A stretch of 64,000 nucleotides of DNA from a virus: IMG/VR virus record IMGVR_UViG_3300036770_007999, positions 1 through 64,000 of that record. One strand, written 5' to 3'. Under the pieces are notes generated by a model that did no database searches, had not been told where the DNA came from, and worked only from the letters and a program-made list of their open reading frames with translations. Positions 26,644 to 35,942 of this stretch are shown here, in pieces. The translations under genes were made by a program, and so were the position numbers. Position 1 is the stretch's first letter, and each line of letters begins with the position of its first letter.

Positions 26644-27772
26644 GTTGTTTTATGAAATGGAAAAATCTTTCAGGGAAAGACCTACGGGTCTCTGCAGTGA
26701 ACACATCTAGATGTTGTTGATTGTATTTACAGACATCCTCACAGGCCGCAAGAAAACTAGCAAGATCCTGATCACAGAGATCTGCTACCGTGTCGATGAT
26801 CCGATCCATTCGATCCTGTGAATTCTCTATCGTGTCAAAACTTTCGTCGATCACATGATTGAATGTGCGGAATCCTAAACATCGCAAATCACGATAGAAG
26901 CCCGGCGTGGAGGCCACTATGAAAGGATGACCCATGGCCAAGGGTTTGGCTATCTTCTCTGTGCGGAAACTGATGTCACTCTCGGCGCAAACAGTTTCGG
27001 TTATCACACTGAAATAGGTATCAAGATAGGCAGCAGGCTCTAGATATATTTCTCCCCATTCTCGACGGAACAGTTCTTGTTTGAGATAGGTCCGATCAGT
27101 GATGGGACCGAACACCGGTTGTCTATATCTCGCTACCTCATAGTGATCAGGTAGACGACGCAGTTCGGACGTGGTGGCCATGACATTGATGTCGCCCTCT
27201 ACAAAATCAAAATAACGCACCACAGTAGGTTTGGCATCCAGCATGGTGTAAAGGCTGTGATCCAGCAGGCCACGGCGCCGCATGCGTTCATAGAGATATT
27301 TCCTGTGTGGCCGCGCACGCCCGTTGAGGAAAAGAAAAGTGTATGGCTTGTTTTTTTGATCAAAGATGTCCTGTGTGCGCGACTGCGCTGTGCGATTTTC
27401 AGGATAGTCCATGATCCTGATCAAAAAATGATCCAGCGTGAGGCAAGCATATTGGGGCGCAATATCAGCACCCCCTATCAGCAATATCTTGCCTTGGATC
27501 ACACGTTCAGCAATCTTGATCTGCAGGATTTGCGATTCTAGCGTCCAAGATCCTTCACAGGCATTGCAAAAAATCATGCGGTATAGACCACTATCGGCCA
27601 TGTCACAGAAACGTTGCATGTTATCCAACAAATTTTGCCGCCCTACCACGTACACTGCCCCTGCTTGATTGGGCACCTCGGCAAAGTCATAGAAACAATT
27701 AGTGGCATAGGATTCTAACATGTCAAACACTTCGCTGAATCGGTCAACAAACAGTTTAGGCACGTTTTGCAT
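26636..27772 (-). CDS. Glycosyltransferase-like protein (TEK..KP family), paralogue 4
   Basis: VITETV...FRTEKIAKPL...HPF...GFRTFN..IDESFD. Confidence 0.6.
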   Translation of the reverse strand: MQNVPKLFVDRFSEVFDMLESYATNCFYDFAEVPNQAGAVYVVGRQNLLDNMQRFCDMADSGLYRMIFCNACEGSWTLESQILQIKIAERVIQGKILLIGGADIAPQYACLTLDHFLIRIMDYPENRTAQSRTQDIFDQKNKPYTFLFLNGRARPHRKYLYERMRRRGLLDHSLYTMLDAKPTVVRYFDFVEGDINVMATTSELRRLPDHYEVARYRQPVFGPITDRTYLKQELFRREWGEIYLEPAAYLDTYFSVITETVCAESDISFRTEKIAKPLAMGHPFIVASTPGFYRDLRCLGFRTFNHVIDESFDTIENSQDRMDRIIDTVADLCDQDLASFLAACEDVCKYNQQHLDVFTAETRRSFPERFFHFIKQHG

Positions 27773-29144
27773 GCTGCTCACATTCTGTCCACCACTGTCG
27801 CATCTGTGGAAACACACCAAGGAAGTTGGTACCGCGACGCCGATCGTGTTCTGAGAAAAATCTCCAAAAGTCCGCGCGCTCCTGCGTGCAATCACGCTTT
27901 TGTCCATCTCTCATCCAGGCGATGTCTCGGCGCAGGCGTTGTACTTCAAAATCTCGGAATCCATTCAATGGATCGCGATCGGTTGCCAGGTTCAGTTCCA
28001 TCCAGTCAGCGGTGCGTTCCAGGATGGCAGCATAGCTTTCAGGCAGGATCTGCAGGCTCTGCCAAGCGGGCTGTCGCAGCACCGGTGTGTCAAACCAGAT
28101 GCGTTGATATCCAGCCGTGTTTTCTTTGCGTAGTTCTAAGATGACCTCTAACAGTTTCTGCAGACCCAACACAGATAGATTGTTCATGGTGATGATAAAC
28201 GTTAGACTGTTGCGCCCCGGTATCTCATCAAGCCATTGGGCACAACGACTTAGGCATAGATGGGCATCAAGACCGTGTCGGATGTATTCAGCATGTGCCA
28301 GGAACCCTGAATCTATCGACACAAACTGCATGAAATGTTCTATGTTTGTGGCACACAGTCTTTTGGTATAGTTTAGATACTTCTGCCACAGTTTTTCTTC
28401 CACTGAGAAATTGCTGGTTACATTTAGATGTAGGTCGGGCTTGGGCATGGCCAGCACATAGTCAAACACTCGATAGGTATTGCGATCCATCAAGGGTTCA
28501 CCGCCGGTCATACGGAAATGGCGCAGTCGAGGATACAGAGTGGGCCACCAGGCCCAGAAAGCATCTACCCAAGGATTATGCTCCCTAGCAGGAATAGGGC
28601 GACGCTCACCGCGAAAATGATCGGGATCATTGTGAGGCGTGGCAGTAGGATAGGCGCCATGCCTTTCTACTTCGGCCTGCCAGGTGCTAGAAAACTGAGG
28701 ACTGCAATAACTACAGGCCAGATTACAAGCATGATTAAAATTGACTTCCACATAACTGGGTATAACATCATCCTCATCTCCTGTGCTTGCAGCAATACGA
28801 TCAAAATCAATGGCTGCCCAGGGTTCGCCGGATCTGTAGTGTCTGTCAGACATCTCACCTAGATCTTCCATGTTCCAACAGTACTGGCATTCTGCCGGCC
28901 GTTCGCCGCGCAGCATCATCTGGCGTTGAACCTTTTTGTGAGCAGTGTTGTGCAGGGCGCCAGGTGTGCGTCCTATCTCTTCGATGGGTATCCTGTGTAA
29001 GGGCGGGTGATAGCAGGAATTGTTCATGCCAGTGGCGAGATGCAGGCTTACCTGCTTCCACTTGGCGAGGCATAGGCTGGGACTGACGCTGTCTAAACGC
29101 TGTTTCATTGCCTCGGCATCATTGAGGAATCGTGACTTTGTCAT
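27756..29144 (-). CDS. Radical SAM enzyme (C.AKW/SCYHP subtype)
   Basis: CNLACSYC, GGEP, CLAKW...SCYHP...CQYCW; start moved to ATG 29144. Confidence 0.9.
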   Translation of the reverse strand: MTKSRFLNDAEAMKQRLDSVSPSLCLAKWKQVSLHLATGMNNSCYHPPLHRIPIEEIGRTPGALHNTAHKKVQRQMMLRGERPAECQYCWNMEDLGEMSDRHYRSGEPWAAIDFDRIAASTGDEDDVIPSYVEVNFNHACNLACSYCSPQFSSTWQAEVERHGAYPTATPHNDPDHFRGERRPIPAREHNPWVDAFWAWWPTLYPRLRHFRMTGGEPLMDRNTYRVFDYVLAMPKPDLHLNVTSNFSVEEKLWQKYLNYTKRLCATNIEHFMQFVSIDSGFLAHAEYIRHGLDAHLCLSRCAQWLDEIPGRNSLTFIITMNNLSVLGLQKLLEVILELRKENTAGYQRIWFDTPVLRQPAWQSLQILPESYAAILERTADWMELNLATDRDPLNGFRDFEVQRLRRDIAWMRDGQKRDCTQERADFWRFFSEHDRRRGTNFLGVFPQMRQWWTECEQHAKRA

Positions 29145-29149
29145 TTTTG

Positions 29150-29848
29150 TCACGAGTGCAAGGCCAGCCAGGCCAGCACCGTTGGTTTGAGATACTCTGC
29201 AAAGTCTCGATGAGCCTCTGGAGTTGGGTGTTCGTGGCAAAAATATCCGTGCTCTTCCCACCAGCACCACTCTTTTATCTGCTGGTCCCAGGCAAATACC
29301 ATTTCGCGAGAGGGAACTATGGCATCTGCGTGCATGCGCCAACCCACATCGCTGGCTCCCCATCCTTGAATAAACCACTGACTGTTCAATCGATCAGCGA
29401 TCCATCTTTGCCAACTATGGTGCAGCACTGTCCATCTTGATGGCATTTCCACATGCTTTGGTATGTCACTCAACCCTCCTATCCAGGCTATGGGATTGGG
29501 TAAGGCATGTTGTATGTCAAGGAACAACTGTGTTTCAACACTGCGTCTCCGGGCGCCAAAAAAAGGCTCATTGATTATCCAATCGTGCGCCGATGTGCCA
29601 TTGATCTTGGCGCTGTCTCTGCCCGGTTCGGTGTAAATCCACACTATGGGACATTGCGGTGACAGGCGTTGAGCTCGCAATTGTTCTAAAATGTCCAAGT
29701 TACCTTGTCCAGGTCTAGCACAATGCTGATATTCTTTGCCCCAGAAATCTGCCAAGCATACATCTTGCGGTTGATCCTGGTTAGAATCATAGTTGTCTTT
29801 GGTGTAGCCTTTCCAGGCCCAACTGTCTCCGGCAAATATGTAGGTCAT
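29150..29848 (-). CDS. SGNH/GDSL-like hydrolase or acyltransferase
   Basis: N-terminal AGDSW, GQGN, C-terminal EHPT...H. Confidence 0.65.
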   Translation of the reverse strand: MTYIFAGDSWAWKGYTKDNYDSNQDQPQDVCLADFWGKEYQHCARPGQGNLDILEQLRAQRLSPQCPIVWIYTEPGRDSAKINGTSAHDWIINEPFFGARRRSVETQLFLDIQHALPNPIAWIGGLSDIPKHVEMPSRWTVLHHSWQRWIADRLNSQWFIQGWGASDVGWRMHADAIVPSREMVFAWDQQIKEWCWWEEHGYFCHEHPTPEAHRDFAEYLKPTVLAWLALHS

Positions 29849-30708
29849 TTTAGATCTCGCTTGAGCTGCGCATAGATCTGATCACCAATGTATTGTTCAG
29901 GGCAGAAACGACACTGGTCTATGGGCTTGTCTAGATTGTTGATAAAATGCTGTTTTTGTTCCCTGGTATGATCGATTCTCAGTGGACGGTAATCCAGCAT
30001 CAGCACCCGGTCCTCGGCACTGAGAGTCAGTTGATGTTGTCGATCAAATTCCGGCAATACAGCCACTACCCCACATTTATACAGTTCACCACGGATAAAA
30101 TGATGGCAGGTTTTCATGTGACAGGTATCATGTGCTTTTTTTGGATCACTCTGGTGCAACGACAGTGCTCCTGTCTGCTTGACGATGGCACCTTGATGGA
30201 ACCACCAATTGTACTCAATCTTAACTGGCACCTTGGCCGAGTCGGTTATTATCATGTATTGCTGATAAAGATTGTCGCTATTGAATGTCACTGTACATGG
30301 TAATTGCAAAAAGTCATGTACTTTGGCAACGATTTCTTTTTTGTGTTGCTTGTTGTGGATTCCGATCCATAACTCGATATTGCGATGTTTTTGCAATAAT
30401 GGATATAAATCAGCCCTGCGGTCCAACCTAAAACCATTGGAAATGATGCGTATGGTTCGACCTGGCCATAGTTGATTGACGCCTTGCACCCAATCAAGAA
30501 ACGTGGGATTCATCAAGGGCTCTCCACCCAAGATCGAGATGCTGCCAATGTTGATTTCTTGTGCCCACTGCTGATATGTATCAGCATAGTCTGACCAGCG
30601 TTGATATCCGGTAAAGACATAATTATTAAAACGATTGCAACCTGGGCACGCAAGATTGCACATGTTAGTGATGTAAAATTCAACATAGGGTATGTGCAGT
30701 TTGGTCAT
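29845..30708 (-). CDS. Radical SAM enzyme with C-terminal Cys cluster
   Basis: CNLACPGC, GGEP, SNG, C-terminal C...C...YKC...CRFC. Confidence 0.9.
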   Translation of the reverse strand: MTKLHIPYVEFYITNMCNLACPGCNRFNNYVFTGYQRWSDYADTYQQWAQEINIGSISILGGEPLMNPTFLDWVQGVNQLWPGRTIRIISNGFRLDRRADLYPLLQKHRNIELWIGIHNKQHKKEIVAKVHDFLQLPCTVTFNSDNLYQQYMIITDSAKVPVKIEYNWWFHQGAIVKQTGALSLHQSDPKKAHDTCHMKTCHHFIRGELYKCGVVAVLPEFDRQHQLTLSAEDRVLMLDYRPLRIDHTREQKQHFINNLDKPIDQCRFCPEQYIGDQIYAQLKRDLK

Positions 30709-30744
30709 GTCGATCTTGGTCGCTGCTTAATTTGTTGTCATTGC

Positions 30745-31740
30745 TCATCTGGTTTCAGATTGTATCAAGGCTATCACCTCTTGATGATCTAGATTCAGCA
30801 ATCTATCACGGTTGTGTTTTAATATAGGCAGCATTTCGGTATAGGTCTGTTGTATTTCGTTCAAAGACCAGGTAGCCAACCGGTCTAAATTCTTTTCAAT
30901 GTCAGTACACTGCCCCGAGTAATGATCCTCATTATAGCCTTCATCCCACCACTGATCGAACGTCTTGAATCCCAATCTGCGGAGGCGTGATATGTACCAT
31001 TGAGGTCCTTGCACCATAAAGGGTGTCATCATGACCATTGGACGCCATGTTTTTTCTGTGGGGAAAAAAGTATTGCCCATTGAATAAGTCTCAGTCACAA
31101 TCTCAACAAAAAAATGTTGATAGTGATTGATCAATCCATACCCGGCAGGATTGGTTATAGGGTAGATATAAACATCATCCAGCGTGATAGGACTATTTTT
31201 CCAAAGATGTACGATGTCATCTAGCCGGTCTATGTGGTTGAAGTTGATGAGATCTTCAATCCCGATATTCTGATTATGGTAGTCATTGCCAGGATCATAG
31301 TGAAAACTTTGCAAAGTGCGCGAGGCATGACGACTGTGCAGATAGCTGGCCAATTTTAATCTATGCCAATTGGATCTTGCCACAAAGGATCCAAAGGTTC
31401 TAAAATTGTGATCGAACTGTTTGATCATGGGAGCTCGTACACTGGCCTGCTCTTTGGCCCAATTTAAATACATCCAAGGAAAATTGCGTCGGAGACGTAT
31501 TTCCGGATGGGCTTCAAAAATATTACCGGTCCTGATCTCTATTCGAGATTTGTCATAATCAGTTTTGTCAGCAATATCGTTGATATACTGATACACGTCC
31601 AATGTGTCAAGATCAGGTCCTTCGGTATTGAGATCGATGGTGATATCTTGAGATTGGCACATAGCGATCGATAACTCAATCAAAAATTTTTCTTTATGCC
31701 ATATACGACCATCGGTTGTGATCAAGTCAATTTTGGTCAC
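30745..31740 (-). CDS. Glycosyltransferase-like protein (TEK..RP family), paralogue 5
   Basis: IVTETY...FPTEKTWRP...PF...GFKTFD.WWDEGY. Confidence 0.6.
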   Translation of the reverse strand: MTKIDLITTDGRIWHKEKFLIELSIAMCQSQDITIDLNTEGPDLDTLDVYQYINDIADKTDYDKSRIEIRTGNIFEAHPEIRLRRNFPWMYLNWAKEQASVRAPMIKQFDHNFRTFGSFVARSNWHRLKLASYLHSRHASRTLQSFHYDPGNDYHNQNIGIEDLINFNHIDRLDDIVHLWKNSPITLDDVYIYPITNPAGYGLINHYQHFFVEIVTETYSMGNTFFPTEKTWRPMVMMTPFMVQGPQWYISRLRRLGFKTFDQWWDEGYNEDHYSGQCTDIEKNLDRLATWSLNEIQQTYTEMLPILKHNRDRLLNLDHQEVIALIQSETR

Positions 31741-32783
31741 TGATTGATACCCCGCATGTAAGTGTAAATATCGGTTACCAGGTGATTGCCCTTACCACAT
31801 TGGTGTGCGCATCTTTCTAACCTGCTATCATCATTCCAACTCGATTCTATGACGTTGAACCACGGGCCATGGATGATATCATAAAGTTTGGTAAAATTAA
31901 GATTGGCCATGTGTGCACCGCCTGCACGCTCAAAAAGATCCGCCATACGTGCATGATCTGGATGATTTTCCGCCTCAAACCCATACAATCTGTCCGCTAA
32001 AAATCCACAAGGAAATACATAGCCATCTGCACCGATATAGATAATACTGAGTTTTTTGGAGATACAGTTTATATCAACGGTTTTGTAATCAGATTGTTGT
32101 TGCAATTGCTGATATCCTGGATTGACCAATGCAGGATCCGTGGGCAATTTAAGGAAAAAAATCTTTTTGCCATCCAGCACCGGAACACTGTGTACTAGCT
32201 CGTGTTGTTTATTGACGAATCGTGTTGTATACTTGGCCATAAAATTCTTAAATCCAAGATCCTTGCTCATTTGTCTGGCTTTTTCGATCTGATGTTGGTT
32301 ATGTTCAAAAACCAGGAATTGCCATGTGGCCTGGCCGCCTTGCTCAATGAAAGCCTTGGCATGGGTTATCACTTTGTCAAAAGCCACACCTTTACGGTAC
32401 AAGTGATTGGTAGATCGCAACCCGTCAATACCAAAAATTACTTCATCACTGCTGCCAAGCGCATTCGCCAGATCCCGCCACCAATGTGTGGATCTGATCC
32501 CACCATTGGTGCTGACAAAAATCTTTGCCGGTGACACCGATCTCAACCAAAAAATGATTTCGATCAAATCTGGGTGAGTACAAGGGTCACCGTAGGTTCC
32601 ACAAAATCTAATGACCTCAAGTGAAGACAACAGATCCTGGGGTAATTTTTCTTTTAACCAAGTCAGTCTCAAAGACACATCGGGTACAGTAGGCCATTTG
32701 GGTCCACCATAAAGGTTTCTGCTACACTGCGGACAGGCAGCATTGCATGCTGTGGTAATCTCAAGTTCAAGTTGTTTGATCAA
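31737..32783 (-). CDS. Radical SAM enzyme with C-terminal SPASM/twitch domain
   Basis: CNAACPQC, GTYGDP, STNGG, C...DGYVFPC...CAHQC. Confidence 0.9.
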   Translation of the reverse strand: MIKQLELEITTACNAACPQCSRNLYGGPKWPTVPDVSLRLTWLKEKLPQDLLSSLEVIRFCGTYGDPCTHPDLIEIIFWLRSVSPAKIFVSTNGGIRSTHWWRDLANALGSSDEVIFGIDGLRSTNHLYRKGVAFDKVITHAKAFIEQGGQATWQFLVFEHNQHQIEKARQMSKDLGFKNFMAKYTTRFVNKQHELVHSVPVLDGKKIFFLKLPTDPALVNPGYQQLQQQSDYKTVDINCISKKLSIIYIGADGYVFPCGFLADRLYGFEAENHPDHARMADLFERAGGAHMANLNFTKLYDIIHGPWFNVIESSWNDDSRLERCAHQCGKGNHLVTDIYTYMRGINQ

Positions 32784-32822
32784 TTTATCTCAAGCTCTTC
32801 AGAATCGCTGTAAGTTTTGCAT

Positions 32823-33749
32823 CTACCAACCTTCTTGTCTCCGTATCACATCTATCTCGCGGACCATGATACCTTGGTTCGACCAATTGCTGCGGTAATG
32901 ATGTTTGAAGAATCTGCTGTGAGAGGCATCCATGCTGATCACAGGAAGATCAAGTCGTGTTTTTAACGCATCTTCATGATCTCGGACAACAGAATCTGGA
33001 TCTAAGAACTGGGTTTCTTGCCATATCTGTTCTAGCGCATCAAACCATTGTACTTCTCTGTGATCCCAATCTGTAAGCATGGTTTTATAGGTACCTTGAC
33101 GTGCACCGACCATGGCCCAGACACCATGCTCCACATCGCGTCCTACGTTGTGCCATATAGTGAGATGGTCAAAATTTCTTCGGTGTACTCGATCTCGGAA
33201 TTCGGTCACAGAGGGTCGACGACCTTTGTCTAGGCACATCTTTACACCTTCTCGAAATCCTGCACGCCAGGCATGCTTGGCGGATCCGTTGGGATATGTA
33301 GTGGAATAACAGTCATGCATGGCCCAGTACAAGGGATCAAAACAGAATTCAACCTGGGTTTCATCACGTCCGTCAGTATTTTCATGTGTTTTCATGTTCA
33401 GCACAAAATCTCTGGTCCATGAACTAATACCACCGTTGCCATACATTAAGCCGTTGACGTGATTGCGGGCACGCCAACGGAACACGGCTTGTTCCCATTG
33501 TTCGTCTGGCAGTTTCAATGTTAGATTGAAAAAACGCTCATCTGGCACATTGTCACCATCAATGAGAATGAAACGTTTGGTATCAGATGCTTCCGCTGCT
33601 GCTTTGTGGGCAGCATCAGATCCTTTGATGCCATCCACTCTCTTGGCCCAAGGGATCATGTTGCGAATGCGCACCCAGAATTCTTCCTTCTGTGGTTCAT
33701 CGTAACTGAGATAAATGCAGTCCAGATCTGCTACGTCAATTGATGTCAT
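32823..33749 (-). CDS. GT-A-like glycosyltransferase-related protein
   Basis: LSYDEP, RVDGIKG, IDGDN (DxD), N.VNGLMYGNGG, WRAGFREGVK. Confidence 0.6.
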   Translation of the reverse strand: MTSIDVADLDCIYLSYDEPQKEEFWVRIRNMIPWAKRVDGIKGSDAAHKAAAEASDTKRFILIDGDNVPDERFFNLTLKLPDEQWEQAVFRWRARNHVNGLMYGNGGISSWTRDFVLNMKTHENTDGRDETQVEFCFDPLYWAMHDCYSTTYPNGSAKHAWRAGFREGVKMCLDKGRRPSVTEFRDRVHRRNFDHLTIWHNVGRDVEHGVWAMVGARQGTYKTMLTDWDHREVQWFDALEQIWQETQFLDPDSVVRDHEDALKTRLDLPVISMDASHSRFFKHHYRSNWSNQGIMVREIDVIRRQEGW

Positions 33750-34092
33750 TAGTGATTTTTTTCCATTTTTGGTGTGGACGATCCGGCGCAACTACCACAC
33801 ACACGTCTCGATGATCGCAGGGCACTCCATGTTCGCTGTGCCTAGCCAGTTTTGAAACCTGGATCCGGGGTTCCAACACCATCATCCGGCCATCTTGTAT
33901 ACGGACCTGATAAGACGCACGCACATAAGTGGCCTGATCCACTTCTATGTACGTACCTGGCAATTGTTCCATAGAATAAAACAAAGGATGCCCCCGATCA
34001 TCATGATAGAGTCGATAGGTCACCGGCGCCGGCTCCGGCCATTGGAATTCGCTCAGCGCCGTCCAGAAATTTTGGGTGGTAGAATCACTCAT
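33736..34092 (-). CDS. Hypothetical protein
   Basis: 118-aa ORF overlapping both neighbours. Confidence 0.75.
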   Translation of the reverse strand: MSDSTTQNFWTALSEFQWPEPAPVTYRLYHDDRGHPLFYSMEQLPGTYIEVDQATYVRASYQVRIQDGRMMVLEPRIQVSKLARHSEHGVPCDHRDVCVVVAPDRPHQKWKKITNDIN

Positions 34093-34823
34093 CCGATTAG
34101 CCACGACTTGATATGATAGTGCACCGGACCCCATTGAGCCACTGTGTTGATGCGCACAGGATCGATTTCCAATGTGAGTTCTTTTGTCCAATCATTGGTC
34201 TTGATTGGGTTGATGCCCGGTTTCATGTGGACTATAGATGGTCCTAGGCCCGAAGGCAGTGTCACACGCTCTATCCCCATGATCACAGCCGCCATGGCAT
34301 AAACTACATCCGTGGTAGGTTCTTCATCGGGGTATTTCAACAAGGTTCGATATGACGCCCAATAGATGAAAATCGCGCGTACGAGCCTGAAAAATTCCTG
34401 CGCTGTCTGGCTCACGCGCCAATAAGTTACGGCATTGTACACATCTGGCAAGTGGTTGTGATCAAATGTTCGACGATAGGTCCGGCACAATGTGTGTTGA
34501 TCGTAGAAGTCTCGAGCACCTTGGCTGATCACCACATCTCGCAGTTCAAACAAGTTCCACCAGTGATCGATTGGACTGGCCAAGATCATGTCTGCTTCCA
34601 GTTTGATGGTTTCACGATAAGGGCTGACCTGCCAGCACTGCCAGTCGTTAGCGAAACCACCTAGGTCGCCATGCGGTAAATCTAGATCCGTAATCACAGT
34701 GACGTGGGCGTCCGGATGCCATGTGAGGATGCTGCGACGCAGTCTGTCAGCGCAGGCTTTGTAGTCCGAGCCATCTCGATCCACGGCCATGATCAGATAG
34801 CCACGTTCATGCGTGATCGGCAA
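34089..34823 (-). CDS. GT8-like glycosyltransferase
   Basis: GYLIMA, SPYRETIKLEADM (DxD-like), TDVVYA, VHMK; TTG start inferred. Confidence 0.6.
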   Translation of the reverse strand: MPITHERGYLIMAVDRDGSDYKACADRLRRSILTWHPDAHVTVITDLDLPHGDLGGFANDWQCWQVSPYRETIKLEADMILASPIDHWWNLFELRDVVISQGARDFYDQHTLCRTYRRTFDHNHLPDVYNAVTYWRVSQTAQEFFRLVRAIFIYWASYRTLLKYPDEEPTTDVVYAMAAVIMGIERVTLPSGLGPSIVHMKPGINPIKTNDWTKELTLEIDPVRINTVAQWGPVHYHIKSWLIG

Positions 34824-35562
34824 CGATGGCCTCCAACTGTGTTTTGCCCATGGCATGGAAATCCTGCGATATCGTGATCCAACGAGCACGATTGGCAGTG
34901 TCTTGGAAATCTACACGATACTGGTCCTGGCCAGTCTGTCGTAGCCTGTGGTCAGGTATCAGCGTGGCCAGGCCCCAAGGAATCGCGGCATGATCCAACC
35001 AGTGTCCATCACTGACCAACATGGCTATGCTGAGGGCGTGATCGTTGCGATAGGTGGCCTGGCGTATCTTGTAGAGATCGCGATAATGGCTCCAATTATC
35101 ACGCACCATCCGCATCATATCGAAAATGAAACGTGCGTGATCGCTGCGACGGAACATCATCACAGTGGCCCACCACATGGGCATCCGATGTTCCCCGAAG
35201 TGATTCAACCCCTGGAAATCGTTGCAGCCAGTGATGTCATAGGCTGATCGGTGTGCTAGAAAATCTTGATCTGCCTCAAACAGGCTGCCAAGAGTATCGC
35301 TGGCCACCACGTAGTCGGCATCCAGCACCAAGGTACGATCCCACGGCGTGACATCATATGCATCAACCCTACTGGCATTGTGCCAGGCCACATGTCCTAG
35401 ATCAGTGAAATGTCTGCTGTTGCTGCTGTGCGGATATTGGTCAGTGACAATGTAAGTGGGTATGCCAAGATGACGCTGAATGTTGCCGGCATTCCAGCGG
35501 GCCATGGCCTCATAGTCAGTGGCACCATTGTTTACAGCAAAAATCAATGCTCCAGTGGTCAT
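34807..35562 (-). CDS. GT8-like glycosyltransferase
   Basis: GALIFA, TPWDRTLVLDADY (DxD), RNDHALSIA, FHAMGK. Confidence 0.65.
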   Translation of the reverse strand: MTTGALIFAVNNGATDYEAMARWNAGNIQRHLGIPTYIVTDQYPHSSNSRHFTDLGHVAWHNASRVDAYDVTPWDRTLVLDADYVVASDTLGSLFEADQDFLAHRSAYDITGCNDFQGLNHFGEHRMPMWWATVMMFRRSDHARFIFDMMRMVRDNWSHYRDLYKIRQATYRNDHALSIAMLVSDGHWLDHAAIPWGLATLIPDHRLRQTGQDQYRVDFQDTANRARWITISQDFHAMGKTQLEAIVADHA

Positions 35563-35864
35563 CTCTGCTGCGCGAGTGAGTCATGTTCGATCAACCATGC
35601 CGTCATCTGTTCCTGCCATCGCTGCATGGCAATATCACGCAGTTCCGCAACCGTGATGCGCACCGGTGTCTGATAGAGGTCCAAGATCACTGCTTCGGCA
35701 TCCGGACAAACTGCCAGGAGGTTCAGCAGTTCCGGGCCGGCCTGCCACATGCCACCAGAATAGGCAAAGGTCATTTTGGCTTGATATTTTTCTATGAGCA
35801 AACGCCGGGCTGCTGCATGTTCAAATCGGGCACGCCCGTGCGCAATCAATTGATCAGTATCCAT
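35559..35864 (-). CDS. Hypothetical protein, first gene of the modification operon
   Basis: 101-aa ORF 6 nt after a -10 box; ATGA overlap downstream. Confidence 0.75.
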   Translation of the reverse strand: MDTDQLIAHGRARFEHAAARRLLIEKYQAKMTFAYSGGMWQAGPELLNLLAVCPDAEAVILDLYQTPVRITVAELRDIAMQRWQEQMTAWLIEHDSLAQQR

Positions 35865-35870
35865 AGGATG

Positions 35871-35899
35871 ATTTTAACAGAAATGTGTTGCAAAGTAAA
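35871..35899 (-). promoter_or_regulatory. sigma70-type promoter of the modification operon
   Basis: Minus strand TTTACT-17 nt-TAAAAT with TGn extended -10. Confidence 0.65.
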
Positions 35900-35917
35900 G
35901 GGCTCTAAGGCCCTTTT
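35897..35917 (-). terminator. Hairpin terminator after the fibre genes
   Basis: AAAGGGC-6 nt-GCCCTTT. Confidence 0.55.
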
Positions 35918-35942
35918 GGTGAGATGCTATCTGTTTGCTAGG

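Noticed and set aside
27773-29378. Extended N-termini in the ORF track (27907, 29378; also 33791, 34191, 34889, 39288)
   Set aside because: They overlap upstream genes extensively; downstream starts give normal coupling
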